A stretch of 42,715 nt of DNA from a virus (lineage: Duplodnaviria > Caudoviricetes): the IMG/VR virus record IMGVR_UViG_3300030330_001825, positions 1 through 42,715 of that record, one strand, 5' to 3'. Both the position numbers and the translations under genes were made by a program. Positions 25,642-35,146 of this stretch are shown in pieces. Position 1 is the first letter of the stretch. Every line of letters starts with the position of its first letter. A model generated the notes under the pieces. It was not told where the DNA came from. It was given only the letters and a program-made list of their open reading frames with translations, and did not search any database.

Positions 25642-25871
25642 AGGTTCTTCATACGCAAGGTCCCTTTCGTTTTGTTGAAAAGGGCACTCTAGAAAATGGA
25701 ATGCCTGATTATCGGTTGCAAGAGCAAGACTACTACAACCGAAAGTGGTTTGATGTTTACCTGTTCGACAACCAGATGCAATGTCTTCTAGCAATGGAAG
25801 ATCAAGAGTATCCTAAGTGGTTGACAGGTAAACCCTGCTACATCAAAGACTCGGTAAGTCGTATAAACTAG
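25638..25871 (+). CDS. Hypothetical protein
   Basis: GTG start with GGAGG RBS; PFRFVEKGTLENGMPDYRLQ. Confidence 0.8.
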   Translation: MKVLHTQGPFRFVEKGTLENGMPDYRLQEQDYYNRKWFDVYLFDNQMQCLLAMEDQEYPKWLTGKPCYIKDSVSRIN

Positions 25872-25901
25872 CCCTGGTCGGGATACCCCCCCTTCATTTA
25901 G

Positions 25902-26252
25902 ATGAAAAGTAAAGTAAACAAACCTTGGGGTTGGTATGAAGATCTTGAGAGGCATCATAACCTCGTAATCAAGAAACTTCATGTCAAACCCTTCCAGAAA
26001 ATCTCTCTTCAGAAACACTTCATGAGAGATGAATTTTGGTATGTTCTCTCTGGGATTGGAAGCGTACAAATTGACAATGTACATCGACTTGCATCTCCAG
26101 GAGAAACTTTTAGTATTGGTAGAGGTCAAACTCATAGACTTGAGGCACATGCCGATGGTGTTACTATTCTAGAAGTTCAGAAAGGTGAGTGTTCTGAAGA
26201 TGATATCATCCGATTGGAGGATGATTATGATCGAGTCACGGATGGACTTTAA
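25902..26252 (+). CDS. Mannose-6-phosphate isomerase type II cupin domain
   Basis: KPWGWY, ISLQKHFMRDEFWYVLSG, HRLE, ILEVQKG..EDDIIRLEDDY. Confidence 0.9.
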   Translation: MKSKVNKPWGWYEDLERHHNLVIKKLHVKPFQKISLQKHFMRDEFWYVLSGIGSVQIDNVHRLASPGETFSIGRGQTHRLEAHADGVTILEVQKGECSEDDIIRLEDDYDRVTDGL

Positions 26253-26317
26253 CAGAACTGGTGGAGTCATTAGACCCTCTAAAAACTAAATAAGAAAAGA
26301 GTTAATTATTAAAAACA

Positions 26318-26509
26318 ATGGCAACACAAGGAAAGGCAGCGAAATCTGCAAGCGGTGCATCGATGTCAAAATATGATGTCGAAGTAGAAGCAAGACTCAA
26401 AGCACTTGAAGCAAAGGTTGCAGCACTGGAATCTAGTGATTCAGCACAACAAAAAGTTGATGCAAGGTTCTTAGAACTTGAGGCGAAAGTCAACAAACTC
26501 TGGAACTAA
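26318..26509 (+). CDS. Late coiled-coil small protein
   Basis: TAAATA at 26287; AAKSASGASMSKYDVEVEARLKALE. Confidence 0.75.
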   Translation: MATQGKAAKSASGASMSKYDVEVEARLKALEAKVAALESSDSAQQKVDARFLELEAKVNKLWN

Positions 26510-26510
26510 T

Positions 26511-26603
26511 GGTTTCTTGCTTATCCTAAGAGCAAGTGGTGCGGATGGAGGTAACACTCCCGCCCTGTTTCTTGCTTCAGGTAAAAAGCAAGTGGCGTGC
26601 ATG
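26511..26603 (+). ncRNA. wcaG RNA motif
   Basis: Tandem units GTTTCTTGCTT...AGCAAG-TGGYG (TGGTG, TGGCG) around a GGAG/CTCC hairpin; upstream of an NAD-dependent epimerase in a cyanophage. Confidence 0.75.
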
Positions 26604-26616
26604 TAAGACCTTTTTG

Positions 26617-26651
26617 AGACCCTTGACATCAAGGGTCTTTTTTTGTATGAT
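26617..26651 (+). promoter_or_regulatory. Terminator-like palindrome carrying a sigma70 promoter
   Basis: AGACCCTTGA-ca-TCAAGGGTCT then T run; TTGACA(26623)-N17-TATGAT(26646). Confidence 0.8.
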
Positions 26652-26675
26652 ATATAAGAAGAAACTTTTTTATTA

Positions 26676-27770
26676 ATGTCTGAATATAAGAAGACGGCAC
26701 TGGTTCTTGGTGCTGGTGGTTTTATTGGAAGTCACATGGTGAAACGCCTACGCTCAGAAGGATACTGGGTGCGAGGGGTTGATATTAAACATACAGAGTT
26801 TTCTAAATCTGAAGCACACGAATTCGTTGAGGGAGACCTGCGCGATGTAGAGTTTGTTCGTGAGTGTATTCGGTTTAAAGGATACTCTGGCAACCATAAT
26901 GCGAATGTACCTTATCAGTATGTTCAACCTTTTGATGAGATCTATCAGTTCGCTGCTGATATGGGCGGTGCAGGTTTCGTCTTCACTGGTGAGAACGATG
27001 CAGAAATTATGCACAACTCTGTGACTATCAATCTGAATGTCCTTGAGGAAGTTCGTAAACTCAATGAGACTTTTGATGGTGAAGTAAAAGAGTGGACGGA
27101 AGCAAATCGTCCCAAACTGGATCAACCAACTAGGATCTTCTACTCTGGATCTGCTTGTATGTATCCAGAGCACAATCAACTTGACCCGGATAATCCAGAC
27201 TGCCGTGAGGAGTCTGCATATCCTGCTAACCCGGACTCTGAATATGGATGGGAAAAACTCTTCAGTGAGCGGTTGTATCTCGCTTATAATCGGAATCATG
27301 GCATTCCTGTTAGGATTGCTCGCTACCACAATATCTTCGGACCAGAAGGAACCTGGGAAGGAGGTAGAGAGAAAGCACCAGCTGCAATCTGCCGTAAAGT
27401 CGCTTACCTCCCGGAGCAGGGTGGAGCAATCGAGGTGTGGGGAGATGGCTTACAGACTCGTTCCTTCCTGTTCATTGACGAATGCATTGAAGCAACTAGA
27501 CGGTTAATGGACAGTGATTTCATAGGTCCTGTTAATATTGGATCTGAGGAAATGGTTACGATCAATCAATTGGTTGATACTGCTGCTAAGGTTGCTGGTA
27601 AGGATGTTCAGAAACTTCATAAACTTGATGCACCTCTTGGTGTACGTGGGCGCAACTCTAATAATGATTTGATTCGTGAGAATCTTGGTTGGGATTACTC
27701 TCAAACACTTGAGGAAGGTATTCGTATTACTTACAATTGGATCAAAGAACAGATTGAGGTTAGAGCATGA
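26676..27770 (+). CDS. NAD-dependent epimerase (GDP-mannose 3,5-epimerase-like, WcaG family)
   Basis: GAGGFIGSH, QFAADMGGAG, YSGSACMYP, YGWEK, GGREKAPAAICRK, GVRGRNS. Confidence 0.95.
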   Translation: MSEYKKTALVLGAGGFIGSHMVKRLRSEGYWVRGVDIKHTEFSKSEAHEFVEGDLRDVEFVRECIRFKGYSGNHNANVPYQYVQPFDEIYQFAADMGGAGFVFTGENDAEIMHNSVTINLNVLEEVRKLNETFDGEVKEWTEANRPKLDQPTRIFYSGSACMYPEHNQLDPDNPDCREESAYPANPDSEYGWEKLFSERLYLAYNRNHGIPVRIARYHNIFGPEGTWEGGREKAPAAICRKVAYLPEQGGAIEVWGDGLQTRSFLFIDECIEATRRLMDSDFIGPVNIGSEEMVTINQLVDTAAKVAGKDVQKLHKLDAPLGVRGRNSNNDLIRENLGWDYSQTLEEGIRITYNWIKEQIEVRA

Positions 27771-28729
27771 ATATTGTTGTAGGAAACTCCGCTGGAGTTT
27801 TTAGTGGGTTGACTTGTCAACTTGCTTGGATGTTGGTCGCGGAGAATCCAGAGAACGATGTAAATCTGCAACTACATGCGATCAATAAAACGAGTGCAGG
27901 GGGTAATCATTTTCTAGATTACGAACCCTGTCCTCCAGGAGGAAGAAGTTATTTGCATTCTTCAGAGTGTGACAACTATGAAGAAATTGTAGGGAGTAAT
28001 CTTCTCCTGAAATTTTTTAAGGAAAGTGATTTAATCAATACTAATATTCTTGAATCGACTTACTTAGAATCAAATCCGATCGATGTAAATAAGAAATTTG
28101 TAAAGGCATACCCAGATGATCTTCATAGGGGTGGAAAGGGTAACTCTAAAGAGCAGTTCAATAATCTAGAAACTTTAAAAGAAGTTACGGTTGCCCTGAA
28201 TAGGCAGTGGAACAAACTTGAGTTTAATGATGAGTTTGCTAAACTTGTAGATCAAGAGGAGCAATTGATTGCAGGGAAAAAAGTTCTATCTATCATGCTT
28301 AGAACGACCCCACATTACATAGATCCTAAAACAAATAGACCTCTGACAGACACAAATTATGTAATTGATTGTGCGATTGAGTCTGTAAAGAAAAGAATTG
28401 ATGATTATGATGCAGTCTTACTGGTAACACAGATCCAACCATTTGTTGATAGATTCGTAGAAGAGTTTGGTGACAAGTGTATCTTTACTGATAGAGAAAG
28501 ACTTGCAACTGATAGTGATTGGGTTGGTGGACGTGGTGATGGAAATGTCAGTATGACTGACGAAGAATATGAAACTGAATATAGAAATGTTCTCCTTGAC
28601 GTTTTACTTGCAAGTAAAACAAAGCATGTTCTTGGATCTGCTAGTAATATGTTTATGGGAACTCTGATTATGAATCCAGAGATAACTTTTGAACCGATTG
28701 ATAACTTATCTGACTTTGAGGGTTGCTGA
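27767..28729 (+). CDS. Putative fucosyltransferase-like (NodZ/GT23-type) glycosyltransferase
   Basis: N-terminal AGVFS; LSIMLR; LLDVLLASKTKHVLGSASN. Confidence 0.55.
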   Translation: MNIVVGNSAGVFSGLTCQLAWMLVAENPENDVNLQLHAINKTSAGGNHFLDYEPCPPGGRSYLHSSECDNYEEIVGSNLLLKFFKESDLINTNILESTYLESNPIDVNKKFVKAYPDDLHRGGKGNSKEQFNNLETLKEVTVALNRQWNKLEFNDEFAKLVDQEEQLIAGKKVLSIMLRTTPHYIDPKTNRPLTDTNYVIDCAIESVKKRIDDYDAVLLVTQIQPFVDRFVEEFGDKCIFTDRERLATDSDWVGGRGDGNVSMTDEEYETEYRNVLLDVLLASKTKHVLGSASNMFMGTLIMNPEITFEPIDNLSDFEGC

Positions 28730-29625
28730 TGATCTTTTTATATACACCTGCTGATGGCAATCAAACAGAAGGAATTGGCGCTGTAGCACAATGTCAGATC
28801 CATGCATACGTCCTATCGAGGATGATGCAAGTAGAATTTGTTGGCAGACCTTTTACTGGACTTCAGCACTATCAAGAATATTCTACACAAGAAGAATACT
28901 GTGATGCTGTTACAGACTTCTTTAACTTTCAATTTAATAAGGTTGATCTATCAAATGCAAAGATCGCAAAGGCAGAACGGATTGATAATTCTCTAGTAGA
29001 ATTTATTAATCAGCATAGAATGACTGCTGATGAAATCTATGTAGAACTTCCTACAGCACAACTTCAGAGTTTTGCTGATGCAAACTTTGATGCATACAAG
29101 GACGCTGGATATCACTCAACACTTGCCAAGCGAATTAGATTCAACGAAAGTAAGTATTACTTTGATGATGATAAACTGAATATTGGCATTCATATTACTA
29201 ACTTCATCGAAGGTAGAGATAATGATCTTAGTGCTCAGAGAGAACAGTATGTGCCTGGTAATTCAAAGGAACAATACTATATCAACTTGATCAACAAGTT
29301 GAATGAACTCCTCAGTAAGAATTCAGATATCGAAAAAGAATTTCATATCTATTCTAGGGGAGAGGAAAAGGACTTTGAGGTCTTTACTAATCTAGATGTC
29401 CCAGTCAAACTTCATCTCTGGGAGCATCCTTTGACCTCTATATATCATCTTACCAAGAGTGACATCAGAGTCTTGTCGAACAGTTCATTCAGTTATATGT
29501 CTGCTCTCTTTGGTGCAGAGAATGGAATGTCGATTATTAGAGATAACTTTGCTATGAAGATTGACAATTGCGTCATCACTGATTATCATGGTAATTTCGA
29601 TGAGTCCCAAATTTGTTTTGAGTAA
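28729..29625 (+). CDS. Putative GT-B glycosyltransferase (fucosyltransferase clan)
   Basis: EGIGAVAQ; LNIGIHI; FHIYS; YHLTKSDIRVLSNSSFSY. Confidence 0.55.
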   Translation: MIFLYTPADGNQTEGIGAVAQCQIHAYVLSRMMQVEFVGRPFTGLQHYQEYSTQEEYCDAVTDFFNFQFNKVDLSNAKIAKAERIDNSLVEFINQHRMTADEIYVELPTAQLQSFADANFDAYKDAGYHSTLAKRIRFNESKYYFDDDKLNIGIHITNFIEGRDNDLSAQREQYVPGNSKEQYYINLINKLNELLSKNSDIEKEFHIYSRGEEKDFEVFTNLDVPVKLHLWEHPLTSIYHLTKSDIRVLSNSSFSYMSALFGAENGMSIIRDNFAMKIDNCVITDYHGNFDESQICFE

Positions 29626-29954
29626 TGAGTAAATACGTATTTGATCTAGATCATACTTTATGCAATCCTCCATACAATGAGGAAGAAAAGAGATGGATGT
29701 ATTTTGAGGCAGAACCATTTCGTGATAGAATCGAAGTGGTAAACAAGTTGTGGGAAGAAGGGCATCACATCATTGTAGAAACTGCAAGAGGATGTGACTC
29801 TAAAATCAACCACTATGAAAGAACGTTTGATCAACTTCGTTCATGGGGACTCAAGTTTCATACATTAAGGACCGGAGTAAAATTCGCAGCCACTTACTAC
29901 ATCGACGATAAAGCAATCAATAGTGAGGACTTTTTTGATGGGCAGTGTCAATAA
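29625..29954 (+). CDS. Small HAD-superfamily phosphatase (capsule-biosynthesis type)
   Basis: FDLDHTL, ETARG, YYIDDKA. Confidence 0.85.
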   Translation: MSKYVFDLDHTLCNPPYNEEEKRWMYFEAEPFRDRIEVVNKLWEEGHHIIVETARGCDSKINHYERTFDQLRSWGLKFHTLRTGVKFAATYYIDDKAINSEDFFDGQCQ

Positions 29955-31269
29955 AATTGTAAAGAGATCTCCGGGATTTATAAAGAGACTCTACTATAAT
30001 TCAGTTCCTTTTTCTAAAAGGTATGGAAAGGTGTATGAGAATACCCTTTCTTTTTTGATGGAATCTTCTAAGTGGGATATCGAAACTAAAAAAGAATATC
30101 AACTGACGCAGATGCAAAATCTTTTGAGTCATTGCTATCAGAACGTTCCATTTTACAAGCAAATTTTTGTTGATAATAATTGGAAACCAGAAGACTTTAG
30201 GACAATCGATGATCTAAAGAATTTTCCTGAACTTACCAAAAAGATTATTATGGATAACCATAATACCATGGTGGCAGGTAATCTTTCTTCTGATAGAGGA
30301 TATCCAATTACGACAAGTGGATCTAGTGGAGATAAACTAAAGTTCTATGTGAACGATGATGTATTCAAGAAAGAAGCAGCATTTAACATGCGAGCATATC
30401 TTGAGCAAGGAGCACAGATGTATGATACTCCCAGTGTTTGGTTGAGACGATATGTGCCAAAGGAAAGTGATTCGCCTCTTTGGTATTATGATTATGAACT
30501 GAAGCGTCTCTACATGTCTGCCTATCATCTTAATGATCAGACTATCGGAAAGTATATTGATAAGATTAATTCCGGCGACTATCAGACTATTTGCACATAC
30601 CCTTCGTCCGCATATATTCTTGCCTGTCTATGTGAAGAGAACAATCTTAAGTTGGATCTGATTGAGAAGATCCATGTGACTTCTGAGAAGATGCTGAATC
30701 AATGGTATGACAAGGTAGAGGATGTATTTGGCATTAAACCTTGTGGTCATTATGGTCAGATGGAAAAAGTTTCTTTCATGCACCAAATAGAGTCTTCTAG
30801 AGACTACAATCAAAATCTAGAGTATGGTGTGGATGAGTTCTATGACAATGGAGATGGAACTCATGGATTGATTGCCACTGGGTTCATCAATTACTATATG
30901 CCACTTATCAGATACAGAACAGAAGACACTTTTGTTTTGCAGAACGGTAAGGTAAAGGAGATCAATGGACGTAGTAGTGACATCTTGGTCTCTTCTAATG
31001 GATCTAGACTTCCTGGAGTAAACTTTTACAGTTGGATTGATAAAAAGATGCCAGCAGTGAAGATGTTCCAAATTATTCAGAAGTCTGAAAAGAACATTAT
31101 CTTTAAGTATGTTCAAAATGCCGATCACTCTGAAGACATACATAGTGAAATTCTCAGTGGTTTGAGATCAAGACTTGGTGATATGGATTACAATGTGATG
31201 AAGGTGTCTGAGATTGCCAGAGACGAAAGAACTCAAAAGATCAGAAGTATTATTAATGAGGTGAAGTGA
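29938..31269 (+). CDS. Adenylate-forming ligase, PaaK/CapK family
   Basis: AHCY-like LSHCYQNVPFY, FPELTK, TTSGSSG, TYPS, HYGQME, MPLIRYRTED, INGRSSD. Confidence 0.9.
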   Translation: MGSVNKIVKRSPGFIKRLYYNSVPFSKRYGKVYENTLSFLMESSKWDIETKKEYQLTQMQNLLSHCYQNVPFYKQIFVDNNWKPEDFRTIDDLKNFPELTKKIIMDNHNTMVAGNLSSDRGYPITTSGSSGDKLKFYVNDDVFKKEAAFNMRAYLEQGAQMYDTPSVWLRRYVPKESDSPLWYYDYELKRLYMSAYHLNDQTIGKYIDKINSGDYQTICTYPSSAYILACLCEENNLKLDLIEKIHVTSEKMLNQWYDKVEDVFGIKPCGHYGQMEKVSFMHQIESSRDYNQNLEYGVDEFYDNGDGTHGLIATGFINYYMPLIRYRTEDTFVLQNGKVKEINGRSSDILVSSNGSRLPGVNFYSWIDKKMPAVKMFQIIQKSEKNIIFKYVQNADHSEDIHSEILSGLRSRLGDMDYNVMKVSEIARDERTQKIRSIINEVK

Positions 31270-31931
31270 TGAGGAACATCGTTAGTAGAGCAACACGTAT
31301 CACATGGCCTGCAGAACTGTGTAAGTCTGGTGGTGATGAAGACAAATTTACTATTAATTATTTTAATCAGAAAACTGGTGGGTATCTAATTGATATTGCT
31401 GCTGCCTGCCCAGTCTCTGGGAGTCTCAGTTATAAACTTTTGAGTCTATATGACTGGAGCGGAATTCTGGTAGAACCTTCGGAAGTTCATAAAGAAAACA
31501 TCGAAAAATGTTATAGTGATGTTGAGGGTGTTGAGTTTTATCCTGGCGCAATTCATCAGACTCTGAAGTCTGTTGATCTCTATGAACCTGACGGGATGGG
31601 TATTGGATGTGCATCTCTTGATCCAGAAAGAATGAATGCAGAGTGGCTTGATAAGCACTCAAAGAGAAATTACTCTGTTGATGCAATGCCTATCATGGAT
31701 CTACTTGAAAAATATAATGCACCAAAAGACATCGACTTTATGAACCTTGACATCGAGGGATCAGAAGGTGAAGTCCTTGACCATCTTGATTTTGACGTTT
31801 ATAATGTTAAATTAATTTGTATTGAGGGTGGAGATCAATACGGAGAATTTATGAAGTCCAAAGGATATCAACTTTGTGACAATTCTGGATATGATTTATC
31901 TAACGACAATTTATTTTTTGAAAAGGTATGA
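31269..31931 (+). CDS. FkbM-family SAM-dependent methyltransferase
   Basis: GYLIDIAA, WSGILVEP, IDFMNLDIEGSE, LICIE. Confidence 0.85.
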   Translation: MRNIVSRATRITWPAELCKSGGDEDKFTINYFNQKTGGYLIDIAAACPVSGSLSYKLLSLYDWSGILVEPSEVHKENIEKCYSDVEGVEFYPGAIHQTLKSVDLYEPDGMGIGCASLDPERMNAEWLDKHSKRNYSVDAMPIMDLLEKYNAPKDIDFMNLDIEGSEGEVLDHLDFDVYNVKLICIEGGDQYGEFMKSKGYQLCDNSGYDLSNDNLFFEKV

Positions 31932-33196
31932 ATGTAAGTTTTATTGGACTTGGTAAACTTGGACTTCCTCTTGCTTGTTGTTTAGCACAGGCGGGAAACA
32001 AGATTCTTGGAGTAGATAAGAATGAGTATGTTTTAGATAAACTTAGTAATAATGAACTTCCCTTCTATGAACCAGGACTGAGTAATATCTTTCCTCACCC
32101 AACTAACTTTATTGGATTTACTGATTCATATAAGAGAGCAGTAGATGAGACTGATGCATCAATTATTCTCGTTAATACTCAACTTGGTGATACTGGATAT
32201 TCTGCAGAGTTTGTTGAGTCTGCTCTCACGGACCTTGCAGTTAATCTGAAGAAGAGTGATAAGGAATATCATACCATCATCTTGTCATCAACAGTTCTTC
32301 CTGGAACTATTGCACGACTTATCAAACTAGTAGAGAAAATCTCTGGTAGAAAGTTTGAAGAAGGATTTGGATTTGCATATGTCCCAGACTTTGTAAGACT
32401 TGGTAATGTAATCAAGGATTTCTTAAATCCAGAATTCTTCCTTGTCGGTGCTAATAACTGGGAGGACGTAGGAGTGGTCACTCAGATTTGGGGACACTTC
32501 CATGACAACAATCCACCTAAAAAATACTTGACACTGGAAGAGACTGAGGTAGCAAAGGTTGCTCTGAATGCATTCATTGTCAATAAAATTACTTTTGCCA
32601 ACTTCCTTGGTGAGTGTTGTGAAGGTATGGATAATGTTGATGTTCACAGAATTACTGATACTATCGGCATTGATAAAAGAATTTCTCCCTACTTCTTTGG
32701 GTATGGAACTCCATTTGGCGGAACATGCTTCCCTAGAGACACTTCTGCCTTTATCAAGTTTGCGTGTGATAGAGGAAAGCAAGCAAAGCATCTTGAGTTT
32801 GCAAATGAAGTGAATGAAGATGTATATAAGAGTATCCTCAAAAAGTGTGAGAACTATGATCGTATTGGTATTGTTGGTGTTTCTTTTAAACCCAACTCTC
32901 CAGTGACTATTGGATCTCCATCGTCAAGACTTATCAATGATCTTATTTCTAAAGAGAAAGAGATCTATGCATTTGATGAACTGGACGAAACCTTTACAAA
33001 TCTGAATGGTGCAAATGATCATATTCAGAAGTGTGTGTCTGCACAGGAATGTGTTGACAGAACTGACCTTGTAGTGTTCATGCATCCATCTAAAAAGTAT
33101 GCTACACTTAAGATGGGTGAAAAAGATTTTGTTGACAACTGGGGAATCTTTTCTTCTGATGCTGTCTTCACCGTACCAAGTTCGTTACCTGATTGA
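31928..33196 (+). CDS. UDP-glucose/GDP-mannose 6-dehydrogenase family protein
   Basis: GLGKLG, PFYEPGL, SSTVLPGT, catalytic FGGTCFPRD, GVSFKP. Confidence 0.92.
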   Translation: MNVSFIGLGKLGLPLACCLAQAGNKILGVDKNEYVLDKLSNNELPFYEPGLSNIFPHPTNFIGFTDSYKRAVDETDASIILVNTQLGDTGYSAEFVESALTDLAVNLKKSDKEYHTIILSSTVLPGTIARLIKLVEKISGRKFEEGFGFAYVPDFVRLGNVIKDFLNPEFFLVGANNWEDVGVVTQIWGHFHDNNPPKKYLTLEETEVAKVALNAFIVNKITFANFLGECCEGMDNVDVHRITDTIGIDKRISPYFFGYGTPFGGTCFPRDTSAFIKFACDRGKQAKHLEFANEVNEDVYKSILKKCENYDRIGIVGVSFKPNSPVTIGSPSSRLINDLISKEKEIYAFDELDETFTNLNGANDHIQKCVSAQECVDRTDLVVFMHPSKKYATLKMGEKDFVDNWGIFSSDAVFTVPSSLPD

Positions 33197-34230
33197 TGAT
33201 CAATAACCGAGAGAGTGTAAACGCACTAAAACCCTATAACGTAGGAGGGAGATCTAGTCTCTCTCCTGACTGGGAATGTTTTGATTGGAATGAGTCAGAG
33301 TTTCCTCCTTCAAATAAAGTTTTTGAGGTGATGAAGACTTTCTATCGTTATGAAAGATATCCAGACATTACTGCCACAAAACTAAAGGAGGAGTTGTCTA
33401 AGTACGTCTCTCTTCCAGTAGACTTTATCGACGTATACAACGGATCTGATGATGGTCTGAAAGACATCTTCACCGTGTTTGTAGATAAGGACACTAAGGT
33501 ATTATCGTATCCGCCTTCTTACACGCAGGTGGATACTTTTATTTCTATCAATACTGACAATTACAAAAGGGTTCAGATCATCGAACCTTTGGGTAAACAT
33601 CACTATGATTTTAATCATTGCTCAAAATCTGATGTGGTTTATCTTGTCAACCCAAACAATCCAACTGGTAAGTTGATTGGTGTTGATGTAATCGAACATC
33701 TAATTACCTCATGCCCAGACACTTTGTTTGTTGTTGATGAGGCATATTATGAGTTTGCAAAACAATCATGTTGCCATCTTGTGATCTCGCATAAGAACTT
33801 GATTGTCACTAGAACCTTCTCAAAGGCATTTGGATTGGCTGCTGTCAGACTGGGATATGTCATGGCACACCCCGATCTTCTTTTCCATTTGAGAAAAATT
33901 CGTAATGGTAAAACTGTTAATGCACTTGCACAACTCTGTGGTATTGCAGTTCTGAATGATATTGATTATCTGGATGCAAGGATTGATGAGATGAATGATT
34001 CCAAGAGATTCTTCATTGACAATCTACCTTCGGAATACACTGCCATTGAAAGTCATGCTAACTTTGTTTTAGTCAAGACTCCAAATTCAGAAGAAGTTCT
34101 GAAGAAGATGAAAGAGAATAAAATTCTTATTAGGGATAGAAGTTCTTTTACAAACCTAGATGACTGTGTTAGGATCACAATTGGTTCTAAGAAACAAATC
34201 ATCAGAGTCCTTGACGTTTTGAGTAATTAA
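33196..34230 (+). CDS. PLP-dependent aminotransferase/decarboxylase, HisC-like
   Basis: DWNE, RYPD, NGSDD, NPNNPTG, VDEAYYEF, RTFSKAFGLAAVRLGY, ANFVL, VRITIG. Confidence 0.93.
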   Translation: MINNRESVNALKPYNVGGRSSLSPDWECFDWNESEFPPSNKVFEVMKTFYRYERYPDITATKLKEELSKYVSLPVDFIDVYNGSDDGLKDIFTVFVDKDTKVLSYPPSYTQVDTFISINTDNYKRVQIIEPLGKHHYDFNHCSKSDVVYLVNPNNPTGKLIGVDVIEHLITSCPDTLFVVDEAYYEFAKQSCCHLVISHKNLIVTRTFSKAFGLAAVRLGYVMAHPDLLFHLRKIRNGKTVNALAQLCGIAVLNDIDYLDARIDEMNDSKRFFIDNLPSEYTAIESHANFVLVKTPNSEEVLKKMKENKILIRDRSSFTNLDDCVRITIGSKKQIIRVLDVLSN

Positions 34231-34231
34231 T

Positions 34232-35146
34232 ATGATCGGATATAACAGACTTGGTATTAACGGCAGACTTGGCAATCAAATGTTCGAGTATGCTGCTCTA
34301 AGAGGTATTGCAGCAAAGCATGGATATGATTGGTGTATTCCGCCAAAAGATCGGGACACCAATCGTATGGCTGACTATAATATCTTTGAGGGATTTAAAC
34401 TCCCACATCTGAAGAACTTTGGATATGTCAATGGTCCGACTTTAAATGAACCTAACTTTGACTTTGATGAGGAAACATTCGAGAACTGTCCTGATAACGT
34501 AAACATTGATGGATTCAGACAATCTGAGAAATACTTCAAGCATATTGAGGATGAAATCAGAGAGGACTTTGAGTTTATTGATGACATCTATGGACCCTGT
34601 AAAGAGTTCACAGACCAGTATGATGATTTAATCTTTCTCCATGTTCGTCGTGTTGATGCAACGGGTAGACCTAACCAGTTTCCTGTCGCATCAATTAGTT
34701 GGTATGAGAGAATGCTTGAGGAGCACTTCTCCAAAGATACACCTGTACTCATCCTGACAGATAAACTTGATTGGGTAAAAGAACAGGAATTGTTTAAGCA
34801 GGATCGTTTCCTTCTGTCAGAGCAACGAGAATACTCTCCTAACGCTGTCTGGAACGGTCGTGGTAAGTTGGAGTATAGTTTGTCTCCATGGGTTGATCTA
34901 TGCCTTATGTCTCTGTGTAGCGGTGCTATCGTTCCCAATACAACCTTTGGTTGGTGGGGAGCATGGTTGCAGAAGAGTCAGGATAAAAAGATTGTTTGTC
35001 AGTTCCCTTATTTTGGTCCAGACTTTACTAATCGTTGTGACTCTTATAAGTATATGAAGGATTTCTTCCCAGAGGGTTGGATCCGAGGAGACCTCAATGA
35101 TGATATAGACACCAAATACACTACTGCAGAAAATGAAATTAACTAA
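34232..35146 (+). CDS. GT11 alpha-1,2-fucosyltransferase-like protein
   Basis: GRLGNQMFEYA, GFRQSEKYF, FLHVRR, NTTFGWWGAWL. Confidence 0.9.
   Translation: MIGYNRLGINGRLGNQMFEYAALRGIAAKHGYDWCIPPKDRDTNRMADYNIFEGFKLPHLKNFGYVNGPTLNEPNFDFDEETFENCPDNVNIDGFRQSEKYFKHIEDEIREDFEFIDDIYGPCKEFTDQYDDLIFLHVRRVDATGRPNQFPVASISWYERMLEEHFSKDTPVLILTDKLDWVKEQELFKQDRFLLSEQREYSPNAVWNGRGKLEYSLSPWVDLCLMSLCSGAIVPNTTFGWWGAWLQKSQDKKIVCQFPYFGPDFTNRCDSYKYMKDFFPEGWIRGDLNDDIDTKYTTAENEIN

Noticed and set aside
25821-25850. TTGACA inside ORF 25638-25871 as a promoter
   Set aside because: No acceptable -10 at a 16-18 nt spacing.
26511-26603. CRISPR-like mini-array from the GTTTCTTGCTT repeats
   Set aside because: Only two short imperfect units, no cas genes; better explained as the wcaG RNA.
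29938-31269. Phenylacetate catabolism (paaK)
   Set aside because: No paa genes nearby; the context matches CapK-type polysaccharide loci.
33196-34230. Phage histidine biosynthesis (hisC as an auxiliary metabolic gene)
   Set aside because: No other his genes in the window, and it is embedded in a glycan operon, so a sugar-decoration role is more plausible.
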